Origin: Ignavibacteria bacterium
Lineage (GTDB): Bacteria; Bacteroidota; Ignavibacteria; Tepidaquicellales; Tepidaquicellaceae
DNA length: 64,000 nucleotides
NCBI GenBank assembly: GCA_026417495.1
Contig: JAOADD010000017.1
Location: 17,911 to 81,910, forward strand
Direction of reading: 5' to 3'
This document shows, piece after piece, positions 40,059-49,287 of this stretch; within the stretch, counting starts at the first letter, position 1; each line of letters opens with the position of its first letter. A model generated the notes under the pieces. That model did not search any database. It was not told the DNA's origin and saw only the letters and a program-made list of their open reading frames with translations. The position numbers and the translations under genes are program-made.

Positions 40059-40421
40059 ATGTTTAAATATAGATCTTCAAAAAATACAGGAGCCAAAAGC
40101 TGGGTTTATCAAAGAATAACGGGAATTATCCTTGTTGCTTTTGCAATTGGGCATTATATCTTAATGCATTTCCATCCCGATAATGGAAAAACTTATGAAG
40201 CTGTTTTCGCAAGGATGCAATATCCATGGTATAGGTTAATAGATATAGTTTTTGTAACTTTTGCCCTATACCATGGTTTAAATGGTGTTTGGGGTATTTT
40301 CAGGGACTATAATTTGAAAAAATGGGCTAAAATAACAATTATATCGATAATTATTACATTTGGTTTAGCTTTTCTGTTTTGGGCATATCATATTGTTCTT
40401 TCAATTCCTTATGTAAAATAG
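40059..40421 (+). CDS. sdhD: succinate dehydrogenase hydrophobic membrane anchor subunit
   Basis: 3 TM helices; QRITGIILVAFAIGHYILMH and YHGLNGVWGI motifs. Adjacent to sdhC. Confidence 0.65.
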   Translation: MFKYRSSKNTGAKSWVYQRITGIILVAFAIGHYILMHFHPDNGKTYEAVFARMQYPWYRLIDIVFVTFALYHGLNGVWGIFRDYNLKKWAKITIISIIITFGLAFLFWAYHIVLSIPYVK

Positions 40422-40478
40422 AGTTTTAATGTTATTGCATTGTTAATATGTTATATTAATACTAATTTAAATAAATAA

Positions 40479-40484
40479 AAGGAG
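40479..40484 (+). promoter_or_regulatory. Shine-Dalgarno (AAGGAG) of the histone-H1-like gene
   Basis: aaggag lies 5 nt upstream of the ATG at 40490. Confidence 0.55.
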
Positions 40485-40489
40485 TTAAA

Positions 40490-40684
40490 ATGGAAAAATT
40501 TGAAAAATTACAACAAATGCTCGATGGTATGAAGACAGATATTGAGAAGTTCTATGTAAAGAATGTGAACTCAGCTGGCGCAAGATTGAGAAAAGAATTA
40601 AATAACTTGCGTAAACTCGCAAATGAAATCAGAAAAGATATTCAACAGATTCGAAATCAACGCAAACAGGAAAAACAGAAATAG
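40490..40684 (+). CDS. histone H1-like (Hc1-type) small basic protein
   Basis: 64 aa, Lys/Arg-rich. The N-terminal pattern ...KFYVKNVNSAGARLRKEL resembles the Bacteroidetes histone-H1-like family (..NKAAGTRARK..). Confidence 0.5.
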   Translation: MEKFEKLQQMLDGMKTDIEKFYVKNVNSAGARLRKELNNLRKLANEIRKDIQQIRNQRKQEKQK

Positions 40685-40716
40685 TAGATTTTTACTTTAA
40701 GTTTTTTATTTAGTAT

Positions 40717-40756
40717 AAAAAAGTGGAATCTAATTCTTTTAGATACCACTTTTTTA
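40717..40756 (+). terminator. rho-independent terminator after the Hc1-like gene
   Basis: Stem aagtggaatct (40721-40731) pairs with agataccactt (40741-40751) with one mismatch, followed by a TTTT run. Confidence 0.65.
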
Positions 40757-40781
40757 TAAATTTTTATAATTAGTTATTATT

Positions 40782-42587
40782 TTGGTTGAAGAGTCATCAA
40801 ATATTAGAAATTTTTGTATTATTGCTCATATTGACCATGGTAAATCTACTTTGGCTGATAGGTTATTAGAAATAACTAATACTATTGATAAACGTACCGT
40901 TGTCAAGCAGATATTAGATGATATGGAACTTGAGCAAGAAAGGGGTATAACAATAAAGTTACATGCAATTCAGATGAACTATATAACCCCAGATTCAAAA
41001 AAGTATATTCTAAATTTGATAGATACTCCTGGCCATGTTGATTTCACTTATGAGGTTTCTCGCTCTCTGGCTGCTTGCGAGGGTGCCATTCTTGTTGTTG
41101 ATGCAACTCAAGGGATTCAAGCTCAAACAATAAGCAATTTATTTTTAGCAATTGAAAATGGACTGGAAATTATACCCGTTGTTAATAAGATAGATGTAAA
41201 AAGTGCTATGGTAGAAGAGACAAAAGATCAGATTATAGAATTAATAGGTGGCTCAAGAGATGATATAATTTGCGTAAGTGCTAAAGAAGGTATTGGTATT
41301 GAAGAGGTTCTTAATGCAATTATTGAAAAAATTCCTCCTCCAAAAATATATAATGATAAACCATTAAAAGCATTAATTTTTGATTCTGTTTTCGACACAT
41401 ATAGAGGAGTTGTTGTTTATTTAAGGATATTTGATGGATGCTTACGCGAAGGTGATAAAATAGCTTTTTATTCAACAGGAAAAACATTCGAAGCTGAAGA
41501 AGTTGGTATTTTGAAAATGGAACGAGTTCGAACGAAAGAACTACAATCAGGAAATGTTGGCTATTTAATTGCAAATATTAAAGATGTCAATGACTCAAAA
41601 GTGGGTGATACTGTATTTAATGTCACTCAACCAATAGATGAACCTCTTAAAGGGTACAAAGAAATCAAACCAATGGTCTTTAGTGGGATTTATCCATCAC
41701 AAAGTAATGAATTCGAACTTTTAAGAGATTCTCTTGGTAAATTGAAACTCAATGATGCTGCACTTCATTACGAACCTGAAACTTCAGTTGCTCTTGGTTT
41801 TGGGTTTAGATGTGGTTTTTTAGGATTACTACACCTTGAAATTGTTCAAGAAAGATTGGAAAGAGAATATGGATTAAATATAGTTACTACTGTACCAAAT
41901 GTAGAATACAAAGTCCATAAAAGAAACGGTGAGATAATTCTTGTTGATAATCCAGCACTGATGCCTGACCCTGGAGAAATTGACTTTATAGAAGAACCTT
42001 TTGTATCTGCTAACATTATTACACCAACAGAGTTTATAGGTAATATTATGAAGCTTTCGACAGACAGACGTGGAATATATAAGACAACAAATTACATTGA
42101 TTCTAAAAGAGTAGAAATCTTATTTGAATTTCCCCTTTCAGAAATAATTTTCGATTTTTATGATAAATTGAAATCAGGTTCTAAAGGATATGCATCATTT
42201 GATTACGAGTTTAAAGAATATCGGCAATCCGACCTTGTAAAACTTGACATACTTTTAAATGGAGAGCCTGTTGATGCATTATCAACAATAATTCATAGAG
42301 ATTTTGCTTATAATTGGGGGAAAAAATTATGTAATAAATTACGCAAACTAATTCCCCGTCAGATGTTTGAAGTTGTAATACAAGCTGCAATAGGGTCAAA
42401 AGTTATTGCTAGAGAAACTATCAGTCCATTAAGGAAAAATGTCCTTGCTAAGTGCTATGGTGGTGATGTTACAAGAAAAAGAAAACTGCTTGAAAAACAA
42501 AAAGAAGGAAAAAAAAGAATGAAACAAGTAGGGTCAGTTGAGATACCCCAGGAAGCGTTTTTAGCTGCCCTTTCCATTGAAAAATAA
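40782..42587 (+). CDS. lepA: translation elongation factor 4
   Basis: TTG start; GTPase motifs [17 protein letters not shown] and NKID; LepA-specific C-terminus ...[16 protein letters not shown]. Confidence 0.94.
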   Translation: MVEESSNIRNFCIIAHIDHGKSTLADRLLEITNTIDKRTVVKQILDDMELEQERGITIKLHAIQMNYITPDSKKYILNLIDTPGHVDFTYEVSRSLAACEGAILVVDATQGIQAQTISNLFLAIENGLEIIPVVNKIDVKSAMVEETKDQIIELIGGSRDDIICVSAKEGIGIEEVLNAIIEKIPPPKIYNDKPLKALIFDSVFDTYRGVVVYLRIFDGCLREGDKIAFYSTGKTFEAEEVGILKMERVRTKELQSGNVGYLIANIKDVNDSKVGDTVFNVTQPIDEPLKGYKEIKPMVFSGIYPSQSNEFELLRDSLGKLKLNDAALHYEPETSVALGFGFRCGFLGLLHLEIVQERLEREYGLNIVTTVPNVEYKVHKRNGEIILVDNPALMPDPGEIDFIEEPFVSANIITPTEFIGNIMKLSTDRRGIYKTTNYIDSKRVEILFEFPLSEIIFDFYDKLKSGSKGYASFDYEFKEYRQSDLVKLDILLNGEPVDALSTIIHRDFAYNWGKKLCNKLRKLIPRQMFEVVIQAAIGSKVIARETISPLRKNVLAKCYGGDVTRKRKLLEKQKEGKKRMKQVGSVEIPQEAFLAALSIEK

Positions 42588-42602
42588 TTAAATTAGTTAG
42601 TC

Positions 42603-43724
42603 TTGGATAATACAAAAAATAAAAACTCAAAAACTGAAAAGAAGAAAAAATCAAAAATTAGGGAATTTTTTAACGCATTAGTATATGCAGCGGTTGCAGC
42701 ATTCCTTATTAAAATATTTCTTTTTGAAGCGTTCAGAATACCAACTGGTTCTATGATTAATACTCTGTTGGTCGGTGATTTTCTTTTAGTAACAAAATTT
42801 ACTTATGGTGCGACAACCCCAAGAAATATTCCTTTTACCGATATTAGAATACCTTATGTTACTCTCCCTGGTTTAAAGAAGCCCAAAGTTGGAGATATTA
42901 TCGTTTTTGATTTCCCTGGCGAACAATATGAGTTACAATCAAAAGAGGTATTAAATTATATTAAAAGATGTGTTGGTACTCCAGGAGATTCAATTAAGAT
43001 TGTTAACGAAGTACTTTATAATAACGGAAAAATCCTTGAAAATCCACCAGGTGCAAGATTCGAAAATAAAATACCTGCAAACACTCCAAATATAGCAATT
43101 TTTCCACAACAATATATCAAATACAATATTCCAAATTATGGATATGCAGATTTACTGCTATGGACAAGTGATGCAAGAGAAGTTAGACCAGACTCTTACT
43201 ATGCACTAATACAATTAAAAGACAATAGCAAATTGATAGTTCCAAGGGAGAGATTATCACTAATAAAAGAAGAATACAAAATTTTAACAAATGTGATTGG
43301 TAGTTCGATTGAAAAAGTAGATTATAAACCACTTGGAACAGGATGGAATGAGGATAACTATGGTCCAATACGTATTCCAAAAGCTGGAGATATAATTGTT
43401 ATTGATTCACTTAATTACCAAACTTGGCGAATGTTTGTTATGAAAGAGGGTTCAAGGATAGAACTTAGAAATAACAAAGTGTTTGTGGATGGGGTTGAGC
43501 TTCCAAATGGAGAGTATAAAGTAAAAAGGGATTACTTATTTATGATGGGAGACAATAGAGATAGATCCTCTGACAGCAGATTTTGGGGATTTATGCCCGT
43601 TGAAAACATAGTCGGACAAGCATTTATGATTTATTGGTCATGGAATGCGGATATTCCTTTTTCTGATATTTTTAGATTAATAGCTTCAATTAGGTGGGAC
43701 AGAATAGGAATAATAATAAAGTAA
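42603..43724 (+). CDS. lepB: signal peptidase I
   Basis: TTG start, N-terminal TM, Ser box PTGSMINTL, Lys box YIKRCVGTPGD, and GDNRDRSSDSRFWGF. Confidence 0.9.
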   Translation: MDNTKNKNSKTEKKKKSKIREFFNALVYAAVAAFLIKIFLFEAFRIPTGSMINTLLVGDFLLVTKFTYGATTPRNIPFTDIRIPYVTLPGLKKPKVGDIIVFDFPGEQYELQSKEVLNYIKRCVGTPGDSIKIVNEVLYNNGKILENPPGARFENKIPANTPNIAIFPQQYIKYNIPNYGYADLLLWTSDAREVRPDSYYALIQLKDNSKLIVPRERLSLIKEEYKILTNVIGSSIEKVDYKPLGTGWNEDNYGPIRIPKAGDIIVIDSLNYQTWRMFVMKEGSRIELRNNKVFVDGVELPNGEYKVKRDYLFMMGDNRDRSSDSRFWGFMPVENIVGQAFMIYWSWNADIPFSDIFRLIASIRWDRIGIIIK

Positions 43725-43820
43725 CTTTATTTAATTGTAAAATCTTTTTTATTCTATTAATGTACCTATAAAAATAATAATTTTTTTAATATCTTATTAT
43801 AAAAATATTTAAAAACATAC

Positions 43821-44900
43821 ATGCCAAACTACTATTCAGTAATAAAAGCTACAGGTTGTTATATACCGACGAAGATCGTCAAAAATTCTGATTTCCTAAA
43901 TAATGTATTCTATGATGCAAATGGAAATGTAATCGAGGTGACGAATGAAGAATTAATAGACAAGTTTATAAAAATTACAAGCATTTCTGAACGAAGATAT
44001 ATAACCAATGAACTCGTAACATCAGATATAGCATATATTTCGGCTAAAGATGCAATAGAATCTGGTAAAATAGACCCAGAACAACTTGACTATATAATTG
44101 TAGCCCATAATTTTGGCGATGTCAAATCAAATAATACCTACTCAGACATAGTCCCATCACTTGCAGCAAGAGTGAAATACAAACTTGGTATAAAGAATCC
44201 TTATACAGTTGCTTATGATATTATTTTCGGATGTCCTGGATGGCTTCAGGGTGTTATACAAGCTAATTATTTCATTAAATCTGGAGAAGCGAAACTAATT
44301 CTTGTTGTAGGAGCTGAAACTTTATCAAGGGTTTCCGATCCACATGATAGAGATAGTATGATTTATTCTGATGGTGCTGGTGCAGTTATTTTAGAAGCAA
44401 AAGAAAGCGAAGAACCAATTGGAATTATCTCCCATGCAACGAGATCTGATACTTTAAAAGAAGCAAAATATTTATGGATGGACAATTCTTATAACCCCGA
44501 GAAAAAAAATCTTGGGCTCTATTTAAAAATGAATGGAAGAAAACTTTATGAATATGCTCTAAATAATGTTCCACTACTTGTAAAACAATGTATTGAAAAG
44601 GCAAAACTCACAATTGATAAAGTTAGCAAAGTGCTTTTGCATCAGGCAAATGGAAAAATGGACGAAGCAATATTACAAAGACTGTTTAATTTATTTGGTG
44701 TTGAAAAAATACCAGAAGATATTATGCCTATGATTATTGAAAAATTAGGTAATAGTTCCGTTGCAACTATTCCAATATTGCTTGATATGATTCTTAAAAA
44801 TAAACTACCTCCACATAAAATTTCTTATGGGGATAATATAGTTTTTGCATCTGTTGGTGCAGGAATGAATATTAACGCTGTAACTTATAGAGTTAGCTGA
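43821..44900 (+). CDS. fabH: beta-ketoacyl-ACP synthase III family protein
   Basis: Catalytic triad context FGCPGWLQG (Cys), LLHQANGKM (His) and LGNSSVATIP (Asn). Confidence 0.8.
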   Translation: MPNYYSVIKATGCYIPTKIVKNSDFLNNVFYDANGNVIEVTNEELIDKFIKITSISERRYITNELVTSDIAYISAKDAIESGKIDPEQLDYIIVAHNFGDVKSNNTYSDIVPSLAARVKYKLGIKNPYTVAYDIIFGCPGWLQGVIQANYFIKSGEAKLILVVGAETLSRVSDPHDRDSMIYSDGAGAVILEAKESEEPIGIISHATRSDTLKEAKYLWMDNSYNPEKKNLGLYLKMNGRKLYEYALNNVPLLVKQCIEKAKLTIDKVSKVLLHQANGKMDEAILQRLFNLFGVEKIPEDIMPMIIEKLGNSSVATIPILLDMILKNKLPPHKISYGDNIVFASVGAGMNINAVTYRVS

Positions 44901-44922
44901 TTATCTATAATTTAAGAACATA

Positions 44923-46005
44923 CTAAGGACATAAATCGGGTGATTTCAAATATTCATCATCTTTTATATTGAAAAACTTTTTTTGAAACCATATAGCAAC
45001 ATTTACAAGTGATATAAGAACAGGTACCTCTACAAGTGGGCCTATAACAGCAGCGAATGCTTCCCCAGAGTTAATTCCAAAAACTGCTACTGTAACGGCA
45101 ATTGCAAGTTCAAAATTATTACTTGCTGCTGTAAATGATAAGGTAGCTGTTTTAGAATAATCAGCTCCTATTTTTTTACCAAGATAGAACGATACGAAAA
45201 ACATTATAACAAAATATAAAACAAGAGGAATAGAAATTCTAATTACATCGAGAGGAATCTTAATAATATACTCCCCTTTCAAAGAGAACATAACAAAAAT
45301 TGTAAAAAGAAGTGCAATAAGTGTAATTGGACTTATTTTTGGTATGAATTTTTTATCGTACCATTCTTTACTTTTTATTTTTAAGAGAGTGAATCTCGTT
45401 AATATACCAGCAATGAAAGGTATACCAAGGTATATAAATACACTTTCAGCAATTTGCAAAATAGTTATATTAACAGTATAACCTTTTAATCCAATTACTG
45501 TTGGCAAAACAGTAACAAACAAGTAAGCGTATATAGAAAAAAACAAAACCTGAAACACCGAATTAAATGCAACTAACCCAGCAGCATATTCCGTATCTCC
45601 TTTTGCAAGTTCATTCCATACAATTACCATTGCAATACACCTTGCCAATCCTATAATTATTAATCCTGTCATATAATTAGGATAATCAGAAAGAAATATT
45701 ACAGCAAGAAAAAACATTAAAAGAGGTCCTATAATCCAATTTTGAACTAAGGAAAGTGATAGAATTTTAATATTTTTAAATACATCACCTAAATCTTCGT
45801 ATCTTACTTTTGCAAGTGGTGGATACATCATTAAAATTAATCCAATTGCTATTGGTATATTCGTAGTACCTGATTGAAATCTATTCCAAAACAGAGTAAT
45901 TCCAGGGAATAGATAACCCATCAATATTGCAATAAACATTGTAAGAAAAATCCACAATGTTAAAAATCTATCTATGAATGATAATTGTTTTGATATTTTT
46001 TTCAT
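44923..46005 (-). CDS. acr3: ACR3 family arsenite efflux transporter
   Basis: 10-TM protein with N-terminus [16 protein letters not shown] typical of ACR3. It sits in the ars operon context. Confidence 0.85.
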   Translation of the reverse strand: MKKISKQLSFIDRFLTLWIFLTMFIAILMGYLFPGITLFWNRFQSGTTNIPIAIGLILMMYPPLAKVRYEDLGDVFKNIKILSLSLVQNWIIGPLLMFFLAVIFLSDYPNYMTGLIIIGLARCIAMVIVWNELAKGDTEYAAGLVAFNSVFQVLFFSIYAYLFVTVLPTVIGLKGYTVNITILQIAESVFIYLGIPFIAGILTRFTLLKIKSKEWYDKKFIPKISPITLIALLFTIFVMFSLKGEYIIKIPLDVIRISIPLVLYFVIMFFVSFYLGKKIGADYSKTATLSFTAASNNFELAIAVTVAVFGINSGEAFAAVIGPLVEVPVLISLVNVAIWFQKKFFNIKDDEYLKSPDLCP

Positions 46006-46011
46006 ATTGTG

Positions 46012-46254
46012 CTATTTTGTATCTCTCATCCAGTGAAGAAGTGTCATTTTGGTGGGTAATTTTCCACTTATTTTAACTTCATCATTTATTACTAATGCTG
46101 GTGTGTGGAATACACCATAAGACAATATTTCATCTAGATTAGAAATTTTCTGTATATCCGCATCAATATTATATTCTGCTGCAATATTAAAACACATTCT
46201 TTCAAGTTCATTACATTTTGGGCAACCTGTTCCAAGAATTCTAACTTTTACCAT
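46012..46254 (-). CDS. thioredoxin-fold redox-active disulfide protein (glutaredoxin-like)
   Basis: 80 aa with the CPKC motif in VRILGTGCPKCNELE. This type is commonly found in ars operons. Confidence 0.7.
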   Translation of the reverse strand: MVKVRILGTGCPKCNELERMCFNIAAEYNIDADIQKISNLDEILSYGVFHTPALVINDEVKISGKLPTKMTLLHWMRDTK

Positions 46255-46699
46255 TTTGTGTTTTATTTAATGATTTAATAAAATCTTCTATTTTAGATTT
46301 AATTTCATCTCTAATTTTTGCAATCTTTTTTAATTTTTCATCTTCTGTGCCCGTAAGTTTTGATGGGTCTTCAAAAGACCAATGTATTGTTTTAAGTGCA
46401 GATGGAAAAATAGGACATTTCTCTGCATTCGCTTCATCGCAAACAGTAATTACATAATCAAAATATGCTCCCGACTTGTATTTTTCAAATACATCCTTAA
46501 CTTGATTTTTTGATATATCTATACCAATCTCTGACATAGATTTAACAACTAAAGGATTAAGAGTTCCAGGTTCTAAACCAGCACTTTCAGCCACAAATTT
46601 ATCATTATAAAAATAATTTACAAATGCTTCTGCCATTTGGCTTCTTGCACTATTATGAACACAAACAAATAATATTTTTATTTTATCCATATCTTTCAA
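46241..46699 (-). CDS. arsC: arsenate reductase, LMW-PTPase/thioredoxin-coupled type
   Basis: P-loop ILFVCVHNSARSQMAEA plus downstream Cys residues (TVCDEANAEKCP). Confidence 0.85.
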   Translation of the reverse strand: MKDMDKIKILFVCVHNSARSQMAEAFVNYFYNDKFVAESAGLEPGTLNPLVVKSMSEIGIDISKNQVKDVFEKYKSGAYFDYVITVCDEANAEKCPIFPSALKTIHWSFEDPSKLTGTEDEKLKKIAKIRDEIKSKIEDFIKSLNKTQNGKS

Positions 46700-46703
46700 T
46701 TAT

Positions 46704-47051
46704 TTATTTTGAACAAATAACACTTCTGTCAATTTCCTTAACTTTTTTTCTATCTTCAAGAATTATTTCATCATTTTCAAGTAAAAGTTGGACAAACAGA
46801 AGTGCACTTAATACTTGAGTATCATTAGAATTTATATTCAATTTATAATTAACCCATTTTCCAACTTTATCATCAATAATCAAGCCACAATCTTTTAGAA
46901 TACTTAAATGTTTAGATACTGTTGAAACAGCAAGTTTAAGAAGTTCTTTAATTTCACAAACACAAAGTGGTTTAATTTGTAATATTTTAAGTATTCTTAT
47001 TCTGTTTTTATCTGATAATGCTTTAAATATTTTTTCTTGTTTATTTAACAT
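46704..47051 (-). CDS. arsR: ArsR/SmtB family metalloregulator
   Basis: Winged HTH with the arsenite-binding-type motif PLCVCEIKELL. It is the first gene of the ars operon. Confidence 0.85.
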   Translation of the reverse strand: MLNKQEKIFKALSDKNRIRILKILQIKPLCVCEIKELLKLAVSTVSKHLSILKDCGLIIDDKVGKWVNYKLNINSNDTQVLSALLFVQLLLENDEIILEDRKKVKEIDRSVICSK

Positions 47052-47385
47052 AACAACTTCTCATTTCGTTAAATATAGAAATGATAATGCATTATTTCAA
47101 TGATTAATTAAACTATAATTTAATATTATATTCACTTTTATGAAAATTAATATAAACTTTGTAGAATAATATAAATAATTATTATTACTTTTGCACCAAA
47201 TATTTTTTAATTTATTATAAAAAAGATTTTTAAACCATATTTTGATAATATTTTAGTTCATATCATTATTTGATTATATTTAATATTATAGATCATAAAT
47301 AATAATATGAAATATAAAGTGTTGAATACATTGATAATGAACAATATTTTATTTATATTTATTATTAAGTAATAATAATTCTCTT

Positions 47386-47811
47386 TTGTTAATAGATAAT
47401 AAAAATATAGCCAACATTCTTAAGAGTAAATCCTTAAAAGTTACACCACAAAGACTATTAGTCCTGAAAGCAATTATCAACTCGAAAAACCATCCTACCG
47501 CTGAAAATATTATAACTTACGTTAAAAAGTTTAATCCTAATATAGGTATCGGAACTATTTATAAAGTGCTTGACACTCTGGTCAAGAATAAAATTATTCA
47601 GAAAGTTGAAACATATAATGATGTTATGCGTTATGAGTTTCACACAAAAAATCATCATCATATTTATTTTTCTGATAAGGATTTACTTTTAGATTATTAC
47701 GATAATAATCTAGATTCAATTTTGAATAATTATTTTAAAAAGAAAAAAATTCCAAAATTAAATATAGAAAGCATAAAAGTTCATATAACTGGAAAACAAA
47801 AATTAAAATAA
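47386..47811 (+). CDS. Fur family transcriptional regulator (Cys-free)
   Basis: TTG start. SLKVTPQRLLVLKAI....HPTAENI and IGIGTIYKVLDTL (DNA-binding domain); His cluster HTKNHHH. Confidence 0.75.
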   Translation: MLIDNKNIANILKSKSLKVTPQRLLVLKAIINSKNHPTAENIITYVKKFNPNIGIGTIYKVLDTLVKNKIIQKVETYNDVMRYEFHTKNHHHIYFSDKDLLLDYYDNNLDSILNNYFKKKKIPKLNIESIKVHITGKQKLK

Positions 47812-47839
47812 TTTTATCATAAACTAAAACAAATTAAAA

Positions 47840-48349
47840 ATGAGAGAAAGAAGTATCGAATTGCTTAACAAAGCAGTAGCAGATGAACTCACAGCAGTTC
47901 ATCAATATATGTATTTCCATTTCCATTGTAGCGATATGGGATATCTTTTATTAGCAAATTTATTTAAGAGAATCGCGATAGAAGAAATGTTGCATACGGA
48001 AAGGTTAGCGGAAAGAATTCTTTTTTTGAAAGGAGAAGTGGAAATGATTCCATCAGGGACAGTCAAAAAAATTCATGACCCTAAAGAAATGTTAAAACTT
48101 GCAGCAGAAATGGAAACTGAAAGTGCAAAGAACTACAATTTATGGGCAAACGAATGCGCACAAAATGCAGATTCAGCTTCAAAAAAGATTTTTGAAACTC
48201 TTGTGGAGGATGAGGAAAGACATTTTGACCAGTTTGACACTGAAACTGAAAACCTTCAGAAATTCGGTGATAATTACCTTGCTTTACAATCAATTGAAAA
48301 CAGTAAAACAATCTCAACTCAACCACTACCATCACAGCAAAATCAATGA
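47840..48349 (+). CDS. bfr: bacterioferritin
   Basis: Aligns by eye with E. coli Bfr: LNKAVADELTAVHQY, IEEMLHTERLAERILFLKG (with the heme-ligand Met) and EDEERH. Confidence 0.82.
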   Translation: MRERSIELLNKAVADELTAVHQYMYFHFHCSDMGYLLLANLFKRIAIEEMLHTERLAERILFLKGEVEMIPSGTVKKIHDPKEMLKLAAEMETESAKNYNLWANECAQNADSASKKIFETLVEDEERHFDQFDTETENLQKFGDNYLALQSIENSKTISTQPLPSQQNQ

Positions 48350-48377
48350 TTTTTTTATAAACTAAAATTATTTTACT

Positions 48378-49082
48378 ATGGAAGAAAATAATGTAATTTC
48401 AATGCCAAGAATCGGTGACCCTGCACCAGAATTTACTGCTGAAACTACACAGGGTACAATTCATTTTCCCAATGATTATAAAGGTAGTTGGGTAATTTTA
48501 TTTAGCCACCCTGCTGACTTTACACCTGTATGCACAACAGAATTTATGACTTTCGCTACTATGGAAGAAAAATTTGCAAAAGCAAATTGTAAACTTGTTG
48601 GACTTTCGGTTGATAGTTTGTATAGTCACATTGCATGGCTTAGAACTATTAAAGAAAAGATAGAATTTAAAGGTATGAAAGATGTAGAAGTAAAATTTCC
48701 ATTGATTGAAGATATCACTATGACTGTAGCAAAAAAATATGGTATGATTCAACCAGGTGAAAGCTCAACAAAAGCAGTTAGAGCTGTATTTTTTATTGAC
48801 CCAAAAGGAACAATTAGAACTATAATTTACTATCCGCTCAGTTTAGGAAGAAACTTTGATGAACTTTATCGCGTGCTAATTGCACTACAAACGGCAGATG
48901 CTTTTTCAGTTGCAACTCCTGCAGACTGGCGGCCTGGTGATGATGTAATTGTTCCCCCTGCTGGGTCATGTGGGGTTGCTAAAGAAAGAATGGAAGGAAA
49001 AGAAAATATTAAATGCTATGACTGGTTCTTCTGCACAAAAGAACTGTCTGAAAAAGAAATAAACCAGAAAATATTTAAATAG
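48378..49082 (+). CDS. peroxiredoxin, Prx6/1-Cys subfamily with extra C-terminal Cys pair
   Basis: Peroxidatic motif HPADFTPVCTTE; C-terminal CYDWFFC. Confidence 0.88.
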   Translation: MEENNVISMPRIGDPAPEFTAETTQGTIHFPNDYKGSWVILFSHPADFTPVCTTEFMTFATMEEKFAKANCKLVGLSVDSLYSHIAWLRTIKEKIEFKGMKDVEVKFPLIEDITMTVAKKYGMIQPGESSTKAVRAVFFIDPKGTIRTIIYYPLSLGRNFDELYRVLIALQTADAFSVATPADWRPGDDVIVPPAGSCGVAKERMEGKENIKCYDWFFCTKELSEKEINQKIFK

Positions 49083-49110
49083 AAAAACCATAAAATTAAA
49101 TTACAATACG

Positions 49111-49148
49111 AAGCTTTCGCATTAACTGTGAAAGCTTTTTTATTTTTT
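49111..49148 (+). terminator. rho-independent terminator after the peroxiredoxin gene
   Basis: Stem aagctttc (49111-49118) pairs with gaaagctt (49130-49137), followed by a T-rich run (ttttttattttttt). Confidence 0.7.
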
Positions 49149-49287
49149 TCTAATTTTTATTAAAGTATATAAATATTTTTCAAATCTGTGGTAATATTAA
49201 ATTTTATAAATATTATTTAATATCTGTTTTTTTTGACATAAAAATTTGTATATTGAAATATATTTTATAAACATAAAATTATTCGGT

